From NCBI GenBank assembly GCA_965202675.1, contig OZ241842.1, forward strand, positions 2,001,962 to 2,065,961: DNA of 64,000 bases. Direction: 5' to 3'. The position numbers and the translations under genes were made by a program. Source of the DNA: Candidatus Spongiisociaceae bacterium (GTDB lineage Bacteria; Actinomycetota; Acidimicrobiia; Spongiisociales; Spongiisociaceae). The notes beneath the pieces were generated by a model, which was given only the letters and a program-made list of their open reading frames with translations, searched no databases and was not told where the DNA came from. Positions 57,650 to 64,000 of this stretch are shown one piece after another (position 1 is the stretch's first letter; each line of letters begins with the position of its first letter).

Positions 57650-58477
57650 ATGAGGATAGGCAGGTACAGGGCCGGGGCGGAGGAGGGTTGGGGTTTCGTG
57701 TCGGCTGACGCAATCCGCCCGGCGGTCGGCGGACCGGACCTGACGGAGGTGCTGGGAGACCCCGCCGCCCTTGCCGGTCTGGCCGGGCAGGCCGGCGCCG
57801 AGATACCGCTCGGCGGAGTCGATCTGCTGGCGCCGCTTCCCAATCCGCCCCAGTTCCTGGGCATCGGCCTCAACTACCGGGGTCATGCCGCCGAGTCGGG
57901 CGCCCCGGTGCCGGAATCGCCGGTGAGCTTCGCGTTCTTCAACTCCTCGATTACCGATCCGGGCGCCGCCGTTCGGTTGCCTCCTTTTACCGACCAGGTG
58001 GACTGGGAGGTCGAGCTGGGGGTGGTGATCGGACGAGAGGCCTGTTGCGTGCCGGTGGAAGAGGCGCTTGATTACGTGGCGGGGTATGTGATCGTGAACG
58101 ACCTTTCGGCGCGGGACATCCAGTTCGCCGAGGCGCAATGGACCCGCGCCAAGTCGTTCGACACCTTCAAGCCGATGGGTCCCTGGATTGTCTCCGCCGA
58201 CGAGCTGGGCGCAGCCGACGACCTCGATGTGAAGCTGTGGGTGAACGACGAGCTGAAGCAGTCGGGCAACACTTCCGATCTGGTCTTTGATGTACCCACC
58301 CTGGTCTCCCACATGTCGCAGCACCTGACGCTGGGGGCGGGGGCGGTGATCTCGACCGGCACCCCGGCCGGAGTGGGAATGGGCCGCAAACCCCCCGAGT
58401 ACCTGGCGCCGGGAGACGTAATGACCCTGGAAATCGAGGGCATCGGCAGGATCACCAACCCAGTAGAGTCCGCCTAG
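57650..58477 (+). CDS. Fumarylacetoacetate hydrolase (FAH)-family protein
   Basis: The start is taken at MRIGRY (residue 96 of ORF 57365-58477), which has an AGGAAGGAAA RBS. FAH-fold motifs are present (GLNYRGHAAE, DWEVELGVVIG, TGTPAGVG). The stop codon lies inside the repeat that begins at 58474. Confidence 0.8.
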   Translation: MRIGRYRAGAEEGWGFVSADAIRPAVGGPDLTEVLGDPAALAGLAGQAGAEIPLGGVDLLAPLPNPPQFLGIGLNYRGHAAESGAPVPESPVSFAFFNSSITDPGAAVRLPPFTDQVDWEVELGVVIGREACCVPVEEALDYVAGYVIVNDLSARDIQFAEAQWTRAKSFDTFKPMGPWIVSADELGAADDLDVKLWVNDELKQSGNTSDLVFDVPTLVSHMSQHLTLGAGAVISTGTPAGVGMGRKPPEYLAPGDVMTLEIEGIGRITNPVESA

Positions 58478-58540
58478 ATGGGTAGTTCCAAGGGATAAGG
58501 GTTTTGTTTCCGCCGACCAACCGCAGAAACACCCAGAACC
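58474..58540. repeat. Third copy of the MITE terminal sequence (52 bp identical to the reverse complement of 55232-55283, ~65 bp similar), inverted relative to the 55232-55283 copy
   Basis: CCTAGATGGGTAGTTCCAAGGGATAAGGGTTTTGTTTCCGCCGACCAACCGC matches the MITE right-end interior. No partner TIR is seen downstream. Confidence 0.5.
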
Positions 58541-58607
58541 GAGTGATTCGTTCCTGCGGGCTCCTTTGTGATTCCCACCAGATCTTTATATATGGTAACT
58601 CAGTTAT

Positions 58608-58853
58608 ATGGATGGGATATATGCTGTTGTGATGGGAGACAGAGGCCGGATCGTGGTGCCCGCCGCGGTGCGCGAACGCGCCGGGCTCTCTGCAGGCACT
58701 CCGTTGGTGGTGGTCGAATCTTCCGAAGGCCTGATTCTGTTGACGCGGGAGCAGCTGCGGGCGCGTATTCGGGATGAGCTGAGCAGCGCTGATCTGGTGG
58801 GGCAACTTCTCGCGGATCGACGGCGGGCGTCCGTACGGGAGGATGCCGGATGA
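58608..58853 (+). CDS. AbrB/MazE/SpoVT-family DNA-binding protein (VapB-like antitoxin), no cognate toxin adjacent
   Basis: VMGDRGRIVVPAAVRERAGLSAGTPLVVV is a swapped-hairpin SpoVT_AbrB motif. The next gene is a dehydrogenase, not a toxin. Confidence 0.55.
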   Translation: MDGIYAVVMGDRGRIVVPAAVRERAGLSAGTPLVVVESSEGLILLTREQLRARIRDELSSADLVGQLLADRRRASVREDAG

Positions 58854-58929
58854 GCATCGCGCATGATGCCGGGTGCGCCGCCGGAAGAGTGGAACAGATC
58901 CGTTGACCGACGCAACCGGCGCAGGGCTT

Positions 58930-59895
58930 ATGAGGGTCGGTTTCATCGGGCTCGGCAACCTGGGCGCAAAGCTGGCGGGGAGCCTGTTGCGCAACGGCTG
59001 CCGGCTGGCGGTCCGCGACCTCGACCGGGCGGCGGCCCGGCCCCTCCTCGAGGCCGGCGCCGAATGGGCCGGCACCGGCCGCGATCTGGCCCGGCGCAGC
59101 GGCCTGGTCGTTACCTGCCTACCGTCGCCGTCCGCGGTGAGGTCGGTCATGGAAGGGGATGAGGGGGTGCTGGCCGGCCTGGGGCCGGGCAAGCTCTGGC
59201 TGGAGATGAGCACCACCGACGAGGCCGAGGTCCGGCGGCTCGGCCGCCTGGCCGCGGAGTCCGGCGCCGGACCGCTGGACGCCCCCGCGTCGGGAGGCTG
59301 CCACCGGGCGGCGACCGGGAACATATCGATCTTTGTCGGCGGCGAGCGGGAGGATTTCGAAAAGGCGCTTCCGGTCCTCGCCGTCATGGGGCGGCGGATA
59401 CTGCACACCGGGCCGCTGGGGTCCGCATCGGTGCTGAAGGTGGTGACCAACTACCTGGCCTCGGTGCATCTGGTCGCGCTGGGGGAGGCGATGATGACCG
59501 CCCGGCGGGCCGGAATCGACCTCGCCGCCGCCTTCGAGGCGATCCGCATCAGCTCCGGCAACTCGTTCGTCCACGAGACCGAATCCCAGGTGATCCTCAA
59601 CGGCAGCTGCGACATCGGCTTCACGATGGACCTGGTGGTGAAGGACATGTCGCTGTTCCAACAGCTCGCCGACCGGCAGGGAACCCCGCTCGAGCTGTCG
59701 CCGCTGGTGCTCGACATCTTCCGCCGGGGCGAGCGGATCTACGGTTCCCGGGCCTGGTCGCCGGGGATCGTGCGCCTTCTCGAGGACGCCTGCGGGGTGG
59801 AGCTGCGGGCGCCGGGCTTCCCGTCGGAGCTCGTCGACGCGGAGCCGGAGGAACCGGGCTGCGAGGTGTTTCCCGCCCCGACGCAGCGGACGTGA
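58930..59895 (+). CDS. NAD(P)-dependent oxidoreductase, 3-hydroxyisobutyrate dehydrogenase (HIBADH) family
   Basis: The start is taken at MRVGFIGLGNLGAKLA, a Rossmann GxGxxG motif. The HIBADH-family C-terminal domain is present. Confidence 0.75.
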   Translation: MRVGFIGLGNLGAKLAGSLLRNGCRLAVRDLDRAAARPLLEAGAEWAGTGRDLARRSGLVVTCLPSPSAVRSVMEGDEGVLAGLGPGKLWLEMSTTDEAEVRRLGRLAAESGAGPLDAPASGGCHRAATGNISIFVGGEREDFEKALPVLAVMGRRILHTGPLGSASVLKVVTNYLASVHLVALGEAMMTARRAGIDLAAAFEAIRISSGNSFVHETESQVILNGSCDIGFTMDLVVKDMSLFQQLADRQGTPLELSPLVLDIFRRGERIYGSRAWSPGIVRLLEDACGVELRAPGFPSELVDAEPEEPGCEVFPAPTQRT

Positions 59896-59897
59896 GG

Positions 59898-60869
59898 TCA
59901 TTCGGCGGGAGCGTCCAGCTGTCCTTCCCAGTGGTAGCCCCAGCAGATTATGCGGCCTTCGCCGTTGATTGCGCAGGTGTGGAAGTAGCCGGCTGACAGG
60001 GCGGTGTATCGGTCTGCCGGGGCGTCGGCCTGCCCGGCTTGGTTTGCCCCCCAGCAGGCGGCGGCGCCATCGGGGCGGAGAGCGCAGGTGTGGGCGCCGC
60101 CCGCCGATACGGCGGCGAAAGGTTCCTCCGGGGCGTCGGCCTGGCCGTCCTCGTTCTTGCCCCAGCAGGTTATGCGGCCTTCGCCGTTGATTGCGCAGGT
60201 GTGGAAGTAGCCGGCTGACAGGGCGGTGTATCGGCCTGCCGGGGCGTCGGCCTGCCCGTGTTGGTTGCTTCCCCAGCAGGCAATGCTTCCGTCCGGACGC
60301 AGGGCGCAGCTGTGTCGGCCTCCGGCGGCCAGGGCGGCGAAGCTTCCCGCCGGCGGCGCCGTCTGGCCGTAGAGGTTGCTTCCCCAGCAGGCGGCCGCCC
60401 CGCTGCCGTCCAGAGCGCAGGTGTGGCCGTCGCCCGCCGATACCGCCCGGTAGGAACCCTCGGGAGGCTCCGACTGTTCGTCCCAGTTGCTTCCCCAGCA
60501 GGCGATTGATCCGTCGGTGCGTATTCCGCAGCTGTGCAGCGTCCCGGCGGCCGCTTCGGTGAAGGTTCCGGCGGGCGGGTCCGACTGGCCGAGGCTGTTG
60601 TTCCCCCAGCAGGCAGCCCCGCGGCCGGTCCGCAGGACGCAGGAATGCAGCCCGCCGGAGGTCAGGGAGCCGAACCCGGCGAACCCGTCCGGCTCGCCGG
60701 ACGGCGCCGGGTCCGAGGCGGTTTGCGCGGGGGCCGAAGCAGGGGCGGGGTCCGGGCCGACGCCGTTTCCGCAGGCCGCCGCCGACAGGGCCAGGGCCGC
60801 GGCCACCAGCGCCGCCGCCGTCCGTCCGGCCGGCGTTGCCGGCGGGAGCGGGGCCGATAAATCAGACAA
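59898..60869 (-). CDS. RCC1-repeat (regulator of chromosome condensation-like beta-propeller) lipoprotein
   Basis: The signal peptide ends in a lipobox (LSAAAC). About six repeats have the form HSC/HTCAL...DGS..CWG.N..GQ. The gene contains a 98-bp near-identical internal duplication. Confidence 0.75.
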   Translation of the reverse strand: MSDLSAPLPPATPAGRTAAALVAAALALSAAACGNGVGPDPAPASAPAQTASDPAPSGEPDGFAGFGSLTSGGLHSCVLRTGRGAACWGNNSLGQSDPPAGTFTEAAAGTLHSCGIRTDGSIACWGSNWDEQSEPPEGSYRAVSAGDGHTCALDGSGAAACWGSNLYGQTAPPAGSFAALAAGGRHSCALRPDGSIACWGSNQHGQADAPAGRYTALSAGYFHTCAINGEGRITCWGKNEDGQADAPEEPFAAVSAGGAHTCALRPDGAAACWGANQAGQADAPADRYTALSAGYFHTCAINGEGRIICWGYHWEGQLDAPAE

Positions 60870-62109
60870 ACGGGAAGGGAGGCGTCCGCAGGGCGTCCAT
60901 ATCCCTTTTCGAGAACCAGGGAGTCAGGGCGGCGTACCACTTCGGCGAGCCTCCCTTATAGCGCCGCTCCACCCGGTTGTTGATGGCGCAGAAAACCTCG
61001 TAGGGGATGGTGTCCGCCCATTCGGCCAGGTCGGAGGCGGTTATCTCGGCCTTCCCCTGCGATCCGATCAGCACCACTTCATCGCCGTTGTAGGCCTCGC
61101 CGTCCGGTCCGATGTCCACCATCATCTGGTCCATGCAGATCCGCCCTACGACCGGCCGTCGGCGCCCCCCGACGAGGACTTCGCCCCGGTCGGACAGGGA
61201 CCGGAAGTAACCGTGCCCGTAGCCGACCGGGACGGTGATCAACCGGGTGTCCCGGTCGGGCGCCCAGGCGCCGCCGTAGCTGACCGGGCTGCCCGCCGGC
61301 TGGACCTTGAAATACACCACCCGGGTCTTCCAGGTCAAGGCCGGGGACACATCAACGGTGCGGGGAACCTGGTCCGGAGCGGCCGGGTACAAACCGTAGA
61401 GCAGGATGCCGGGCCGGACCATATCCAGATAGGAATCCGGATGCTGGAGGATGGCGCCGGAGTTGGCGATGTGGAGCATGGGGGTGGGAATGCCCCGCTC
61501 GGCGTAGAAGGAAACAGCCTCGCGGAACCTTTCCAGCTGGCGGCGGGTCGGCTCCGGATCGGCGCTGTCGGCGGAGGCGAAGTGGCTGTAGACCGCTTCC
61601 ACCTCCACGTGACGGGCCGCATGGGCCGCCTCGAACATGGCGGGGGCGGTGTCGGGGCGCATTCCGATCCGCCCCAGGCCGGTGTCGATCTTGAGGTGGA
61701 CCCGGGCGGTCTTCCCGAGACAGGCGGCGGCGCGGTCGATGTTCCGCAGCTTGTCGACCGAGGAGGCGGTGATGGTCAGGTCGTAGACTATGAAATAGGG
61801 TATCTGGTCCACGTCGATCCCGCCCATGACCAGGATGGGGCAGCGCACCCCGGCCTCCCGGATCAGCGCCCCTTCCTCCACGAACGCCACCGCCAACCCG
61901 GCCGGTTCCAGGGTTTCCAGATGCCGGGCCACCGGAACCAGGCCGTGTCCATAGGCGTTGGCCTTGAGCACCGGAAGCATCCGGGCGCCCCCGACAGCCT
62001 GCTCTACGGCCCGATAGTTGGCGGTGATCCGGTCCAGGTCGATCTCGGCGATGGTCAGAGGGGGGAAGCGGGGGTCTGCAGGAAGGACCAAGGCGGGTTT
62101 TGCCTTCAT
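60862..62109 (-). CDS. alr: Alanine racemase
   Basis: The PLP-binding motif (LPVLKANAYGHG) and overall Alr collinearity (...GRICMDQMMVD...) are present. Confidence 0.85.
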   Translation of the reverse strand: MKAKPALVLPADPRFPPLTIAEIDLDRITANYRAVEQAVGGARMLPVLKANAYGHGLVPVARHLETLEPAGLAVAFVEEGALIREAGVRCPILVMGGIDVDQIPYFIVYDLTITASSVDKLRNIDRAAACLGKTARVHLKIDTGLGRIGMRPDTAPAMFEAAHAARHVEVEAVYSHFASADSADPEPTRRQLERFREAVSFYAERGIPTPMLHIANSGAILQHPDSYLDMVRPGILLYGLYPAAPDQVPRTVDVSPALTWKTRVVYFKVQPAGSPVSYGGAWAPDRDTRLITVPVGYGHGYFRSLSDRGEVLVGGRRRPVVGRICMDQMMVDIGPDGEAYNGDEVVLIGSQGKAEITASDLAEWADTIPYEVFCAINNRVERRYKGGSPKWYAALTPWFSKRDMDALRTPPFPFV

Positions 62110-62157
62110 AGTGTGAGGGTAGCGTTAGCTGGGCAGCCAGACGGGAAACCGCCGGGA

Positions 62158-63285
62158 ATGGAACAAAACGCGCCGCCCCGCTTCTTCGACAGCCGGGCCG
62201 CCTATACGATGTTCGTTACCACCACCACCGAGAAGTCGGAGGTGGCGGCCCGCATCGCCCGGGAGGCCCCGAAGGTGACGCCCGGGCCGGACGCCCTGCG
62301 CCTCTTCGACGCCGGGATGGGCGACGCCACCGTGCTCGTGGAGGCGATGCGCAGGTTCCATGAGGTGTACACCCACGTCCCCTGGCTGGTGGTGGGCAAG
62401 GAGATCAGCATGGAAGACGTGCGGCAGGCGCTCGACAAGCTGCCCGACCGCTTCTACGAACACCCCGAGATGGTCTTCGTGGTTACCAACATGACCTACA
62501 AGGAAGTGTCCTCCGGCCTCCGGCCGCGATCCGGGAAACAGGCGGTGTCTTGGCGCCGGACGGCTCTAGAGGGGTCCACCACCTTCGAGTTCACCCGCCA
62601 GATAAGGGGCATCAGGGACCAGGTGGCCGAGGACTGGCGGGTGATTACCAGCCCCAAGACCGGGAATCCCGTCTACGTCCGCCCGGCCGTCCATGTCATC
62701 TACCGCCAGGACCGGGAGTTCATACTGCGCCGCCTCCTGCCCGAGGAGGACACCTATCGGGGTTCGTACGATCTGATCATCGCCTCCCAGCCCTACCGGG
62801 CGCGCACCACCGCCGAGCACAAGGTCAGGACGGTGATCGGGCCCCTGGCCAGGATGCTGGCGCCGGGGGGGCGCCTGCTGGGGATCCACGCCTACGGCCA
62901 TGATCCGGGCATCGAGATCATCCGCAACCTGTGGCCCGGCGAGAACCCCTTCTGGACCGACCGCCGCGCCCTGCTGTCCGAGGCCGCCCGCCGGCTGTCG
63001 GCGCCGGAGGACCGGGATCTGACAATGGTGGATTCGACCGACGAGGAGTCGCTGTTCCGCTACGAGATGCAGGTCATGCCGGTGGACGTCCAGGAACACA
63101 TCGGCACCTCCTCCATCCTGGCGGCTTGGAACGCGGCGGCCTACGTAGCGCAGATAGACGAGCAGCGGATGGCCGAGGCGGTGGCGTCCGGCGCCTATCT
63201 GGAGGCCGCCCGGTCGGTGATCGAACGCTGCGGCAGGGTGTGGTTCCAGGACGAGAGCTACGTCATCTTCCGGAAACCCCGGTAA
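62158..63285 (+). CDS. Hypothetical protein (375 aa), no domain recognised
   Basis: This is the C-terminal 375 codons of the long ORF 60487-63285, taken from ATG 62158. Its upstream part is antisense to alr and the RCC1 gene. Confidence 0.5.
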   Translation: MEQNAPPRFFDSRAAYTMFVTTTTEKSEVAARIAREAPKVTPGPDALRLFDAGMGDATVLVEAMRRFHEVYTHVPWLVVGKEISMEDVRQALDKLPDRFYEHPEMVFVVTNMTYKEVSSGLRPRSGKQAVSWRRTALEGSTTFEFTRQIRGIRDQVAEDWRVITSPKTGNPVYVRPAVHVIYRQDREFILRRLLPEEDTYRGSYDLIIASQPYRARTTAEHKVRTVIGPLARMLAPGGRLLGIHAYGHDPGIEIIRNLWPGENPFWTDRRALLSEAARRLSAPEDRDLTMVDSTDEESLFRYEMQVMPVDVQEHIGTSSILAAWNAAAYVAQIDEQRMAEAVASGAYLEAARSVIERCGRVWFQDESYVIFRKPR

Positions 63286-63289
63286 TCCC

Positions 63290-64000
63290 ATGGACATGGC
63301 CGCCGCGGACGTGAACGACACCATCACCGCCGTCCAAGGGGTGGAGGTCGGGCACTGGACCTCCGATGAGCACGGTACGGGGGTAACCGTGCTGGTGTTC
63401 CCCGAACCCAACACCGCGGCGGTGGAGGTGCGGGGGGCGGCGCCCGGAAGCCGGGAGACCGCCCTGCTGGGACCGGAGATGCGGGTCGAACAAATACAGG
63501 CCCTGGTCCTGGCGGGCGGGTCGGCCTTCGGGCTGGCCGCCGCCGACGGGGTGGCCGGTGAGCTGGCGGCGGAAGGGCGGGGGCATCCCACCCGGGGAGG
63601 TCCGGTTCCCATCGTCCCGGCCGCGGTCATATACGACCTGGACCGCCCGTCGGGGTTCCGCCCCGGAGCCGGGGAAGGGGCCGAGGCCTACCGGCGGCGC
63701 TCGGCGGCCCCGGCGCCGACGGGGCGGGTGGGGGCGGGGAGGGGGGCGACCACCTCCCAGTGGCGGGGGCGGCGGGCGGTGCAGCCCTCCGGGGTGGGAT
63801 CGGCGGCGGTGGAAGCGGCGGGGGTGCGGGTGGGTGCGCTGGCGGTTGTCAACCCGGTGGGCGACGTGTTCACCCTCGAGGGGGCGCCCCTCACCGGGGG
63901 GAATCCCCTTCCCGGCCCGCCCGCCCCGGGCGTTATCGCCCGCGCCAATACCACCCTGGTGGCGGTGGCCGTCGAGGCGCGCCTCGGGCGGGTCGATCTG
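63290..64000 (+). CDS. P1/S58-family peptidase (DmpA/L-aminopeptidase D-Ala-esterase-like), 3'-partial
   Basis: GVTVLVFPEPNTAAVEVRGAAPGSRETALL...ALVLAGGSAFGLAAADGV matches the DmpA/ArgJ-like fold. The gene runs off the window end. Confidence 0.65.
   Translation, partial: MDMAAADVNDTITAVQGVEVGHWTSDEHGTGVTVLVFPEPNTAAVEVRGAAPGSRETALLGPEMRVEQIQALVLAGGSAFGLAAADGVAGELAAEGRGHPTRGGPVPIVPAAVIYDLDRPSGFRPGAGEGAEAYRRRSAAPAPTGRVGAGRGATTSQWRGRRAVQPSGVGSAAVEAAGVRVGALAVVNPVGDVFTLEGAPLTGGNPLPGPPAPGVIARANTTLVAVAVEARLGRVDL

Overview
This is a ~70% GC, actinobacterial-type chromosomal segment. All calls come from reading the ORF translations and the raw sequence; no database searches were run.

What the window contains, in order:
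- 1-850 (-): a 3'-truncated alkaline-phosphatase-superfamily gene.
- 1084-11465 (+): an 11-gene nuoABCD-HIJKLMN operon that lacks nuoEFG.
- 11.5-15.1 kb: a partly low-GC insertion carrying a 1109-aa orphan protein.
- 15.1-19.4 kb: ino1, a LysR regulator, tRNA-Val(CAC), a DUF368 membrane protein and a lipoprotein.
- 20-28 kb (-) and 33.7-36.1 kb (-): a quaternary-amine catabolic gene set comprising an MFS transporter, a CaiD-like hydratase, an NDP-forming acyl-CoA synthetase, an acyl-CoA dehydrogenase, an L-carnitine dehydrogenase-thioesterase fusion and a BKACE (20-28 kb); and a GcvT-like protein and a second MFS transporter (33.7-36.1 kb).
- 41-52.9 kb: etfAB, dimethylglycine dehydrogenase, and a corrinoid-dependent non-pyrrolysine MttB-family methyltransferase module (corrinoid protein, DUF1638, pterin-binding methyltransferase, RamA-like activase, MttB-family protein, metF).
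- 28.3-33.7 kb: a ~50% GC island interrupting the catabolic genes. It encodes a multidomain zinc-finger / DUF559-nuclease / RecQ-like helicase gene plus a tightly coupled 188-aa coiled-coil protein. The helicase is split by an IS5-family insertion.
- 36.3-41 kb: a TA/defense-like islet with an XRE-nucleotidyltransferase pair, a long DUF4143 ATPase and a frameshifted fic.
- 52.9-64 kb: pabBC, a MITE-like element inserted in frame into a small ORF, a second DUF4143 ATPase, an 11-copy 23-bp tandem array, a FAH-family gene whose stop codon sits in a further MITE end copy, an orphan AbrB-type antitoxin, a HIBADH-like dehydrogenase, an RCC1-repeat lipoprotein, alr, a hypothetical protein and a 5'-partial DmpA-like peptidase.

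The strongest candidates for an undescribed system are the low-GC nuclease-helicase/coiled-coil island and the orphan 1109-aa protein.
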